A stretch of 32,000 nucleotides of DNA, taken from positions 2,280,001 to 2,312,000 of the forward strand of contig NZ_CP034549.1 in assembly GCF_003966335.1 (NCBI RefSeq), given 5' to 3'. The notes beneath the pieces are model-generated. The model worked only from the letters and a program-made list of their open reading frames with translations, did no database searches and was not told the origin of the DNA. This document shows, piece by piece, positions 18,737 through 27,202 of the stretch. The translations under genes and the position numbers were made by a program. Origin of the DNA: Nonlabens ponticola. GTDB lineage: Bacteria; Bacteroidota; Bacteroidia; Flavobacteriales; Flavobacteriaceae. Every line of letters starts with the position of its first letter. Position 1 is the first letter of the stretch.

Positions 18737-19822
18737 ATGAAAAATACGGCTCTAACAGCAATACATAAATCTTTAGGTGCTAAAATGGTTCCCTTTGCAG
18801 GCTTCTACATGCCAGTTCAATATGAAGGCGTGACGATTGAACATCATACCGTACGCAATGATGTAGGAGTTTTTGATGTATCACATATGGGTGAGTTTTT
18901 AATCAGCGGCCCTAATGCACTAGAGCTTATACAGAAAGTATCGTCAAATGATGCCGCCGTACTTTTTCCTGGTCGTGCCCAATACGCTTATTTACCTAAT
19001 GATAGCGATGGTATTGTTGATGACATGCTGGTTTATCAAATTAAAGATGAGCAATACCTACTAGTAGTCAACGCATCTAATATTGACAAAGACTGGAGTC
19101 ACATTGAAAAGGCTAATACTATGGGCGCCGACATGCGCAACTTGAGCGATGATTACTCCTTACTTGCCATTCAAGGCCCTAAAGCAGTTGAGGCGATGCA
19201 GTCATTAACATCGGTCGATCTAGCTTCTATCAAATATTATCATTTTAAAGTTGCAGATTTTGCTGGTATCGACAATGTGATTATAAGCGCCACTGGATAT
19301 ACTGGTAGTGGTGGATTTGAAATTTATTGCAAAAATGACGAAGTAGAACAAATATGGAATAAAGTATTTGAGGCTGGAGCATCTTTTAATATCAAACCTA
19401 TTGGACTTGCCGCAAGAGACACTTTAAGATTAGAAATGGGCTTCAACCTATACGGCAATGATATAGACGAGACCACGAATCCTATTGAAGCTGGTCTAGG
19501 TTGGGTTACTAAATTCAATAAAGATTTCATCAATAAAGAGTCCATCGAACAGAGTAAACTCAAAGGTGTACCGCGCAAACTGGTAGGTTTTACCATGGAT
19601 GAAAAAGCAATACCTAGAGGTGGTTATATAATCAATAATGAAGAAGGTGAAGAAATGGGTATTGTCACCAGCGGCACCATGTCACCTTCTATGACTATTG
19701 GGATTGGCTTAGGATATGTTCCTGTAGCAGCAGCAGTTCCTGGTTCAAAAATCCATATTCAAATACGTAAGAAATCTGTTCCTGCAACTGTTGTTAAATT
19801 ACCTTTCTACAAGAAATCCTAA
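18737..19822 (+). CDS. gcvT: Glycine cleavage system aminomethyltransferase T
   Basis: MKNTALTAIHKSLGAKMVPFAGFYMPVQYEG, VFDVSHMGEF and the overall ~360 aa length are typical of GcvT. Confidence 0.93.
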   Translation: MKNTALTAIHKSLGAKMVPFAGFYMPVQYEGVTIEHHTVRNDVGVFDVSHMGEFLISGPNALELIQKVSSNDAAVLFPGRAQYAYLPNDSDGIVDDMLVYQIKDEQYLLVVNASNIDKDWSHIEKANTMGADMRNLSDDYSLLAIQGPKAVEAMQSLTSVDLASIKYYHFKVADFAGIDNVIISATGYTGSGGFEIYCKNDEVEQIWNKVFEAGASFNIKPIGLAARDTLRLEMGFNLYGNDIDETTNPIEAGLGWVTKFNKDFINKESIEQSKLKGVPRKLVGFTMDEKAIPRGGYIINNEEGEEMGIVTSGTMSPSMTIGIGLGYVPVAAAVPGSKIHIQIRKKSVPATVVKLPFYKKS

Positions 19823-19825
19823 TAT

Positions 19826-20641
19826 TTGAATAGAGTACTCATCATAGGTGGTAGTGGATTTATAGGCAATGCGATCTATAAAGAACTAGCACCATTTTAT
19901 AACGTACACGCTACCTATCTTACTGATAATAGTGTCTTTGAGAAGAACAAGCATTATCATCAATTTGATATGGAGCTTGAGATGGTTCATGGGTTACTCA
20001 ACGATCTTAAACCTAATTTTATCATTAGCGCATTGCGAGGCAATGTAAATGGTCAAGTGCATCTGCATGATCAACTTATTTCATGGGTTAAAAAGCATAA
20101 TGATTCTAGGGTCATATTTCTTTCAAGTGCCAATGTTTTTGATCGTTTCTCCAATTTTCCAAGTTATGAATACGACAAGACGTTCTCTGAAAGTATTTAT
20201 GGTAGATTCAAGATCAAAATAGAGAACAACCTATTGCGCATGGCCGCCAACAAGTTTGTGATATGTCGCATACCTATGATCTTTGGTGCAGCTAGTCCGC
20301 GAGTTCAAGAACTACACAAGCAAATCAAATCTCAAGAAGCGATTGAAGTATTTCCTAACGTGGTCTTGAATGCGACCTACATTGATAAGCTAGTTCAACA
20401 AATACATTACATCATCAATAGAAGACGTCGTGGTATTTTTCATTTGGGAAGTAAGGATCTAGTTCATCATAGCGAACTCATTGAGGATATTTGTACTCTT
20501 ATCTCGCCTGAAGAGGCGAAATTCAAACAGGTTTTTGACTCTAATGAGGATCGACAGTTGAGCGTATTGCCTAAGGATAATATGCTACCCAAACATCTAC
20601 AATTAACGATCGACGAGGTGGTGCAAAGTTGTTTTGTTTAA
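19826..20641 (+). CDS. NAD(P)-dependent sugar-nucleotide reductase/epimerase family protein (RmlD-like)
   Basis: Rossmann motif VLIIGGSGFIGNAIY at the extreme N-terminus. Apparent TTG start 3 nt after the gcvT stop, with no in-frame ATG upstream of the Rossmann motif. Specificity unknown. Confidence 0.7.
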   Translation: MNRVLIIGGSGFIGNAIYKELAPFYNVHATYLTDNSVFEKNKHYHQFDMELEMVHGLLNDLKPNFIISALRGNVNGQVHLHDQLISWVKKHNDSRVIFLSSANVFDRFSNFPSYEYDKTFSESIYGRFKIKIENNLLRMAANKFVICRIPMIFGAASPRVQELHKQIKSQEAIEVFPNVVLNATYIDKLVQQIHYIINRRRRGIFHLGSKDLVHHSELIEDICTLISPEEAKFKQVFDSNEDRQLSVLPKDNMLPKHLQLTIDEVVQSCFV

Positions 20642-22845
20642 TCAACAAGATTATACACAAGAGGTATACTTAAACTCACGGTGGTTCCTTGACCTACCTC
20701 ACTACTTATATCGATATTACCGTCAATAAGCGGTAGATATTTCGCCACAAAACTCAACCCCAAACCTAGACCTTCAAATTCTCTAGTCAAGCCTTCGCTA
20801 GCCTGTTCAAATGGTCTTAATATTTTTTGGATCTTAAATTCTGGGATACCGATACCAGTATCTCTAATAACCAACTTTAAATTGTTTCCTACTGTCAAGG
20901 CATTCACGTGTATGTATCCTTGATGGGTAAACTTAACGGCATTACGCAATAGATTGTTGACAGTTTGCTGTAAACACAGAAGATCTGCCTTTACATAAAC
21001 ATCCTCATTAAAATTATCAAACCTCAAGTCTAATCCTTTATTATCAGCGGTAGTTTTGATCGTGATAATAGAGTCCTCGATGAGCTTATTAAAATGAATT
21101 GTTGTACTCACATGCTTAAACTTCTCAAGGTTTGAAGTGCTGTTAATTATATTATCTACGGTATTTGTCAATCGATCTGCACTTTCCTTTTGAGCCTTTA
21201 CCAACAGGTCTTTTTCTTGATCAGTGACCTTTCCTTCTAACAACAATTTTGAGGATTGCAATAATCCATGTAATGGTGTCTTTATCTCATGCCCTATCTT
21301 GTTGATAAGCTCGCTTTTATACTGATTGACATGGGTAAGTTGATCTCGATAATCTTCCAATTGCTCTTGTACATTTTTCTGTTCAGTCAAATCAAATAGA
21401 TAGAAAACGTACCCATCTACTAGTCTCTCGTAGTTCAAGACTGGTTTACACATGGCATCATATGAAGTTTCCTGCGATGTAAAAGAATCCAGTTTAATCT
21501 CCTTTCGGTAATCGTTACCGCTGTCAAGAGTACGCTTTATAATATTGACCTTCAAGCCATCATGATCAGAAAGTAACTCAGTAAATGAGGTTTTCTTAAG
21601 AATAGGATTATAGCCTAATTTCTCCATGAAATGTTCCAAAGATCTAGCATCCATGCCCATAACACGCCAATCTTTATCCAACATAAAACTGCGGACAAAG
21701 GTGTTATCAAGCAGCGTGCGCATGTAATAATTATGCTTATCCTGTAGTTGCGTGATACGGTATTTATCTTCTACATCAATAAGATTACCTACAAGTTTGA
21801 TAGGATTACAATCGTTATCCAGCACTTTAAAGCCATGAACCTCAAAGTGTTTATATTGACCAGCGCCGTTACGCAGTCTGTAAGCATTGACATAATATTG
21901 ACTATCGTTGTTAAGCTCCTTTAAATGTTGGGCTACTGCCTCTACTCGATCCTCAGGATGTATGAATTGTCTAAAAACTTCTTCTGGAAGATCGTCCGGT
22001 AACAGCATATGATCACGGAAGGCATCACTATAAAAAACCTTGTCAGTCACTAGATCATGTGTAAAGTAACCAGAATTAATAGCTCTCAAGGCTAGATCCA
22101 TATTTGCTTTAGTCTCTTCTAGCTCTAGCGCCTGCTCATGACGCACTGTGATATCCTGCATGGTTCCATAAACAAATACTACTTGATCGTGGCGTATTTC
22201 TGGTTGAGCAGTAACTCTTACCCATTTTTTAGCACCTTTAAAAGTGCGCACCTCAACCACTACATCATAGGATTGTTGTTGTAGATAAAAGTTGTCCAAA
22301 GTCTGATTGAAAAAATCAACGCTACCAGGCGCGATGAAATCCCATATCGTATCACGACTTACCGGTATTTTTTCTGGAATATCCAGTATATCAAAAATCA
22401 CATCAGTCCAGTGAGCGACATCTAGTTCTGGATTATATGTCCATCCACCTAGACTTACCGTATCGTTTACCTTTTTCAAGGTTTTGAACTGCTCATGATC
22501 GCTGGTAACATCAAGTGCAATTACATAAATAAGACCATTGCGCAATCCAGCATTGCAATTAAGATAGACAGGTGATCCATTGGGCTTAAAAAGCTTCACA
22601 GTATGGTTACAAACATCACCATCATCCTTGAGACTGCCCACAAGTTTATGCCAGTCCTCTTGATCAGCGAGAAGTGAAGTCAAGAAACCTTTTTCAAATT
22701 TTTCCTCGCTTACCTGCGCGACGTTATAAAATTCTCCATTTGCCTGCTCAACGCGAGAATCACGGCTCAACACTAGCGATAAAACGCAGGTATTTACAAT
22801 AAGATCTTTATAAGGGAAAGCGCTCTCGTCTATTTTGGCATTCAT
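20638..22845 (-). CDS. Cytoplasmic multi-PAS sensor histidine kinase
   Basis: 735 aa with no obvious TM segment. Several PAS-like repeats, an H-box GHEIKTPLHG, and HATPase N/G boxes (LRNAVKFT, DTGIGI, GLGLGLS). No response-regulator gene is adjacent. Confidence 0.9.
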   Translation of the reverse strand: MNAKIDESAFPYKDLIVNTCVLSLVLSRDSRVEQANGEFYNVAQVSEEKFEKGFLTSLLADQEDWHKLVGSLKDDGDVCNHTVKLFKPNGSPVYLNCNAGLRNGLIYVIALDVTSDHEQFKTLKKVNDTVSLGGWTYNPELDVAHWTDVIFDILDIPEKIPVSRDTIWDFIAPGSVDFFNQTLDNFYLQQQSYDVVVEVRTFKGAKKWVRVTAQPEIRHDQVVFVYGTMQDITVRHEQALELEETKANMDLALRAINSGYFTHDLVTDKVFYSDAFRDHMLLPDDLPEEVFRQFIHPEDRVEAVAQHLKELNNDSQYYVNAYRLRNGAGQYKHFEVHGFKVLDNDCNPIKLVGNLIDVEDKYRITQLQDKHNYYMRTLLDNTFVRSFMLDKDWRVMGMDARSLEHFMEKLGYNPILKKTSFTELLSDHDGLKVNIIKRTLDSGNDYRKEIKLDSFTSQETSYDAMCKPVLNYERLVDGYVFYLFDLTEQKNVQEQLEDYRDQLTHVNQYKSELINKIGHEIKTPLHGLLQSSKLLLEGKVTDQEKDLLVKAQKESADRLTNTVDNIINSTSNLEKFKHVSTTIHFNKLIEDSIITIKTTADNKGLDLRFDNFNEDVYVKADLLCLQQTVNNLLRNAVKFTHQGYIHVNALTVGNNLKLVIRDTGIGIPEFKIQKILRPFEQASEGLTREFEGLGLGLSFVAKYLPLIDGNIDISSEVGQGTTVSLSIPLVYNLVD

Positions 22846-22916
22846 AATTACTGCGTAAAAGTGCCTTAATATACAAAAACCGCTAATCTCTTGAAGAAAA
22901 ACGAGTTACAATACCG

Positions 22917-23759
22917 TTATGGCAACCATTTATCACTGCCAAAGTCAGGTTTGCGCTTCTGTAAAAATGCATCTCGACCTTCCTTTGCCTCGTCAGTCAT
23001 GTAGATAAGCCTGGTCATCTCGCCAGCAAACACTTGCTGTCCTACCATTCCATCATCCACGGCATTCATGGCAAACTTTGCCATCTTGATCGCGGTAGGT
23101 GATTTTTCCATGATTTCCTGTGCCCAGTCATAAGCTGTTTGATCTAACTCATCGTGTGGAACCACGGCGTTGACCATACCCATTTCCATGGCTTCTTGTG
23201 CATTGTAATTGCAGCCTAAAAAGAAAATCTCTCTCGCTTTCTTCTGTCCTACCATTTTTGCTAGGTAGGCACTACCATAACCAGCATCGACGCTCGCGAC
23301 ATCAAGGTCAGTTTGCTTAAATATGGCGTGTTCTTTACTAGCAATTGTCATATCACATACTACGTGCAGACTGTGTCCACCACCTACTGCCCAACCAGGC
23401 ACAGCACAAATCACAACTTTGGGCATGAACCGTATCATGCGTTGCACCTCAAGGATATTCAATCTACCAGTACCAGCGCTATCCTTGTAACCATCCTTAC
23501 CACGAGCATTCTGGTCACCACCACTGCAAAATGCCCAGCCACCATCCTTAGGACTGGGACCTTCACCAGTCAAAATGACCACACCTATGGATAGGTCCTC
23601 TTGCGCATCATAAAAAGCGTCAATAAGCTCGCTTACCGTTTGCGGGCGGAAGGCGTTGCGCACCTCTGGTCTATTGAACGCGATGCGCGCGACGCCATTG
23701 GCTTTTTTGTAGGTAAGGTCTTTGTATTCCTTGGCTGTTTTCCAGTCGATAACACTCAT
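22917..23759 (-). CDS. menB: 1,4-dihydroxy-2-naphthoyl-CoA synthase
   Basis: 280 aa crotonase fold. VARIAFNRPEVRNAF, AFCSGGDQ and the C-terminal KRKPDF are typical of MenB. Confidence 0.95.
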   Translation of the reverse strand: MSVIDWKTAKEYKDLTYKKANGVARIAFNRPEVRNAFRPQTVSELIDAFYDAQEDLSIGVVILTGEGPSPKDGGWAFCSGGDQNARGKDGYKDSAGTGRLNILEVQRMIRFMPKVVICAVPGWAVGGGHSLHVVCDMTIASKEHAIFKQTDLDVASVDAGYGSAYLAKMVGQKKAREIFFLGCNYNAQEAMEMGMVNAVVPHDELDQTAYDWAQEIMEKSPTAIKMAKFAMNAVDDGMVGQQVFAGEMTRLIYMTDEAKEGRDAFLQKRKPDFGSDKWLP

Positions 23760-23790
23760 AAAATCTGTTTATGCTCAAAGATAGAACGCT

Positions 23791-24066
23791 CTACCCTTTA
23801 TACCATATCCTGATGATCTGGAAATTACTCACCGTATGGCCGCCTGTATAATATTGAATTGTACCATCCGTAAACGCTTGTTTATTCTTATAGATATTAG
23901 GAAGAACCACCGTTTCTACGTTCACAATCTCCTTATTATAATTCTTTCTCACCCATTCATTGGCACGGCTCAGAACAGCTTCTAGATTCTCATAAGTAGT
24001 TGAACCCCAAAAACTCTTTTCTAATGCTTTTGGCTCAAAGTCGATGTAGTTGATTTCGTTTATCAT
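23791..24066 (-). CDS. Hypothetical protein (91 aa), immediately upstream of menB
   Basis: Open frame with an ATG start, 31 bp upstream of menB on the same strand. I recognise no motif. Confidence 0.55.
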   Translation of the reverse strand: MINEINYIDFEPKALEKSFWGSTTYENLEAVLSRANEWVRKNYNKEIVNVETVVLPNIYKNKQAFTDGTIQYYTGGHTVSNFQIIRIWYKG

Positions 24067-24099
24067 GTCTATAAGTTGCAGTATGATTGTGGTTGTTAC

Positions 24100-24113
24100 G
24101 CTTTCGCGAAAGC
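24100..24113. repeat. Copy of the 14-bp palindrome, in a divergent intergenic region
   Basis: Exact match (TTACGCTTTCGCGAAAGC, sharing the TTAC left flank with the 13372 copy). 34 bp upstream of the 91-aa gene start and 84 bp from the ATG at 24197. Confidence 0.95.
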
Positions 24114-24184
24114 AAAATTCTCATAAATCAATTTACCAAAAACAAAAATCTCGTTAACTACCGTAGTTACTGCAAGCTAGCCAC

Positions 24185-24192
24185 TAAATTTG
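24185..24192 (+). promoter_or_regulatory. Candidate -7 box TAaaTTTG only 4 nt before the ATG at 24197 (possible leaderless transcript)
   Basis: Exact TAnnTTTG match at 24185-24192, with the start codon at 24197. Confidence 0.3.
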
Positions 24193-24196
24193 CCAT

Positions 24197-24598
24197 ATGG
24201 CACAGGAAAAGAAACCAGACGCAATTGTATTTGACGAAGAAAGTGGCACCTATAATGCCGCATTGTTACCGTATGCCAGCGGTGTAGGCGCACCCAAAAT
24301 CACAACGCCAGACATCACTTCCTGGAAGCAAAACAATATAAATAAAGTCAATCACGAGATCAAATCGCAGTTTGACCAACTAAAGGCGCAATATGACGCC
24401 ATGGTGAAAAAATATGAGGACAATCAAGTGGTCTATGGTGCCAAATTCTCTTTTGAACCCATAGTTGGCGAGACCTATCATCTATATCGAGGCCGCAAGA
24501 ATGATTTCCTATCTGTGATTTCACCATCCGAGTGTACCTGGGAACACATAGGTAGTTACCGCTTGTCCAGCGAGAAATTGTGGGTAGAAATAGACTAG
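24197..24598 (+). CDS. Hypothetical protein (133 aa)
   Basis: Open frame with an ATG start and coding-like composition. No motif I can name with confidence. Confidence 0.6.
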   Translation: MAQEKKPDAIVFDEESGTYNAALLPYASGVGAPKITTPDITSWKQNNINKVNHEIKSQFDQLKAQYDAMVKKYEDNQVVYGAKFSFEPIVGETYHLYRGRKNDFLSVISPSECTWEHIGSYRLSSEKLWVEID

Positions 24599-24638
24599 TA
24601 TTCAGTATTCAGTATTCAGTATTCAGTATTCAGTATTC
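24597..24638. repeat. Perfect heptanucleotide tandem repeat (AGTATTC) x6
   Basis: Six exact contiguous units counted directly. The first unit begins inside the TAG stop codon (24596-24598) of the 133-aa gene. Confidence 0.97.
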
Positions 24639-24835
24639 AAGAAAAATCTTTTTAAGTGAATATGCATCTTATGTTAAGCTTCAATTTGAATACATCAAGT
24701 TTACTTGACTTGCTTCAAAGTTTGAACCACTTGTTTCCCTTGAGGGAAATGTCGAAGACAATGGGTGTTTTTTCAGTATTCATGTTTTGGTTCAAGACAT
24801 CAAATTCAGCTTACGTTTCTTTCTAGCACGTTTAT

Positions 24836-24892
24836 AACTAAAATATTAGTTTAACTAAATAATTAGTTTATATTTGAACTAAAGATTTAGTT
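24836..24892 (+). promoter_or_regulatory. Three AACTAA-N4-TTAGTT inverted-repeat operators bracketing a TAtaTTTG -7 box, upstream of blaI
   Basis: Operators at 24836-24851, 24853-24868 and 24877-24892. The last is the 7-2-7 palindrome AACTAAAGATTTAGTT. The -7 box TATATTTG at 24869-24876 fills exactly the gap between operators 2 and 3. The ATG is at 24895. Confidence 0.55.
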
Positions 24893-24894
24893 TC

Positions 24895-25254
24895 ATGAAG
24901 ACACTTACCCAAGCTGAAGAAGAGATCATGCAGATTCTATGGCAACTCAACGAGGCAAATGTTGCCAGCATTATCGAGCAGATGCCAGAGCCCAAACCTG
25001 CCTATAATACGGTGTCGACCATCACACGAATACTAGAAAGTAAGAAGTTTGTGAATTATCGCAAACAAGGCCGTGGTCACATCTACTACCCTATCGTGAG
25101 TAAAAAGGACTATACGCGAGCGACGGCAGGTAAACTGGCGAGCAATTATTTTAAGGGTTCTTATAAGAGTATGGTGTCTTTTTTCATGCAGCAAGAACAA
25201 TTAAGTGTGCAGGATCTCGAGGACATCTTGAAGGAAATGAATAAAAAATCATAG
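24895..25254 (+). CDS. blaI: BlaI/MecI/CopY-family winged-helix transcriptional repressor
   Basis: 119 aa. N-terminal LTQAEEEIMQILW...ANVASIIEQM...YNTVSTITRILESKKFV matches the penicillinase-repressor wHTH pattern. Followed 2 nt later by an M56 peptidase gene. Confidence 0.88.
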   Translation: MKTLTQAEEEIMQILWQLNEANVASIIEQMPEPKPAYNTVSTITRILESKKFVNYRKQGRGHIYYPIVSKKDYTRATAGKLASNYFKGSYKSMVSFFMQQEQLSVQDLEDILKEMNKKS

Positions 25255-25256
25255 AC

Positions 25257-27032
25257 ATGACACATCTATTACACAGCTGCGTGCTTGCACTCCTTTTATA
25301 TGGTCTTTATAAGCTATTGCTTAAAAATAGCGGTGGTTTTCAAATACATCGCGCTTATCTGCTATTGATACCAGTGCTAGCGGCTGTTCTACCGTTTGTG
25401 GTATTACCGTTTGCTTTTGGCATCGATTATCAAGAAACAACAGCAACCTTATCTCAGCCTGCAATCGTTGTACAGGAGTCTGTAATTCAAACCAGTTCTA
25501 CATTGCTAATTGAACAAGAGCCAAGGATCACGTGGCCGCAATTATTATTAGCGATTTATGCAGCTGGATTTCTGGTGGCTGCCATACTTTTTATCATCAA
25601 GCTAGCGCGACTTAATGAATGGATCGATAATGGTAAAACGACTTATCGCGACGATATTTGCATTACTCAGGTGGATAATTTACCTGCAGCATTTTCATTT
25701 TTAAATCGTGTTTACATAGGTAGTGACCTCGATGATAAAGATTACCAGCACATTCTCACGCATGAGTTAACTCATATTAAACAACGTCACAGCTGGGATC
25801 TACTGTTTTATGAAATCCTGAGAATTGCTTTTTGGTTTCATCCTGTTGTTTATCTAGCTCAAAGAGATTTGAAAATGGTCCACGAGTACATCGCAGATGA
25901 GCAAACAATACAAATACATGGCAAGCAATCCTATTATGAGAATTTATTGAGGCAAGTAATGGATTGTCCCGATTACTCTTTTGCAAACTCCTTCTATAAA
26001 CTTAACACTATTAAAAACCGAATTAAAATGATACACCACACACAAAAACACAGATTCCCATACCGTAAACTCTTATGGGTATTACCTATTCTATTTACCA
26101 GTTTGATCTATACGGCTTGTACATCGGATAATGAAGAAGCCGAAAATGCCAACAACGATGTTCTGGAAAAAATTGAGCAAACTAATTTTCTAGAAGGTTT
26201 AGATTTCAATCAAGTAGATTACTATTCTGGTGTAAGTGAAGAAGGTAAAAAGCTGGTTGAACGCCTTATCAAGGAGAACAACGGAAAACTGCAAATGGAT
26301 GGTAAAGATTTATCGGACACTGAATATGAACTTTTTGTCAAATCCACTCGAAGAGTGTTGCAAAACGGAGCTTCAGTATATAAAAATGACGATAAATCAA
26401 CAACAGTTGAAGTCTATCAGGTACCAGGAAAGGATCCAGAGTTTATCATTAACCATGACGGTAAAACTTTATCACCAAAGGAATTTTTAGGTTTTAGTCG
26501 AGGTTTTATGGATGCGTCTGGTAATTCCTTGAATATTGCTGATGGAAAGGTTTCGAAATCCTACAGTACTTTTAATGATGAAAAGGAATTGATTGAAATT
26601 ATAGAAGTCGTTGAAGTCGTTGAAATAGATGAAGATGTGTCGGTAAGACAACCAACTGATGATGATATCATAGAAGTACCTATCGCCACAGTTCCTTTTG
26701 CTATTATTGAAGAATTTCCTACTTACCCTGGCTGCGCTGGTTCCAATCAGGAACGTAAAGACTGTATGCAAGAGAACATTTCTCAGTTTATTAATAATAA
26801 CTACAACACCTCAGTAGCTAGCGACATGAAAGGTTCGCAAAAAATAAGGGTGCAATTTACGGTTGGTATTGATGGTCAGGTAAGTGACATTAAGACTAGA
26901 GCAGCAAATTCAAAACTGGAGCAAGAAGCCGCTCGTGTAATAAAAATGCTACCAGTAATGAAACCAGGACTGCAACGCGGCAAAGAAGTCAATGTGCTTT
27001 ATAGCCTACCTATCATCATTGAAGGAGCATAA
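25257..27032 (+). CDS. BlaR1-type M56 metallopeptidase sensor fused to a TonB C-terminal domain
   Basis: N-terminal TM helices, zinc motif HELTHIKQRH, a further TM segment, an acidic linker (IEIIEVVEVVEIDEDV), and a C-terminal ~90 aa segment with EFPTYPGC...VQFTVGIDGQVSDI...KPGLQRGKEV, typical of TonB_C. Confidence 0.85.
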   Translation: MTHLLHSCVLALLLYGLYKLLLKNSGGFQIHRAYLLLIPVLAAVLPFVVLPFAFGIDYQETTATLSQPAIVVQESVIQTSSTLLIEQEPRITWPQLLLAIYAAGFLVAAILFIIKLARLNEWIDNGKTTYRDDICITQVDNLPAAFSFLNRVYIGSDLDDKDYQHILTHELTHIKQRHSWDLLFYEILRIAFWFHPVVYLAQRDLKMVHEYIADEQTIQIHGKQSYYENLLRQVMDCPDYSFANSFYKLNTIKNRIKMIHHTQKHRFPYRKLLWVLPILFTSLIYTACTSDNEEAENANNDVLEKIEQTNFLEGLDFNQVDYYSGVSEEGKKLVERLIKENNGKLQMDGKDLSDTEYELFVKSTRRVLQNGASVYKNDDKSTTVEVYQVPGKDPEFIINHDGKTLSPKEFLGFSRGFMDASGNSLNIADGKVSKSYSTFNDEKELIEIIEVVEVVEIDEDVSVRQPTDDDIIEVPIATVPFAIIEEFPTYPGCAGSNQERKDCMQENISQFINNNYNTSVASDMKGSQKIRVQFTVGIDGQVSDIKTRAANSKLEQEAARVIKMLPVMKPGLQRGKEVNVLYSLPIIIEGA

Positions 27033-27058
27033 TAGATCAGTCCTAAGTATTGTATTAG

Positions 27059-27089
27059 AAAAATCCAGATCCATCCGATCTGGATTTTT
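27059..27089 (+). terminator. Intrinsic terminator after the blaI/blaR1-like operon
   Basis: 11-bp stem AAATCCAGATC / GATCTGGATTT, 5-nt loop and a T-run. Starts 27 nt after the stop. Confidence 0.7.
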
Positions 27090-27202
27090 ACTTTTAAACC
27101 GATTAAACGTTCAGTTTATCGATTTAATTACTTTGTATAACATAGTACTGTAACAAATTAATAAATCGGTCGTCTTTTAGATATAACCTTAAACTTTATA
27201 TT

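Noticed and set aside
24087-24287. 66-aa plus-strand ORF spanning the palindrome and the start of the 133-aa gene.
   Set aside because: It overlaps the better-supported frame at 24197-24598 out of frame and runs through the divergent promoter region. It has no coding-like features.
26604-26621. 9-bp tandem duplication GAAGTCGTT x2 inside the blaR1-like gene.
   Set aside because: It is in frame, encodes EVVEVV within an acidic low-complexity linker, and has only two units. This is ordinary linker expansion rather than a separate element. It is mentioned under the blaR1-like finding.
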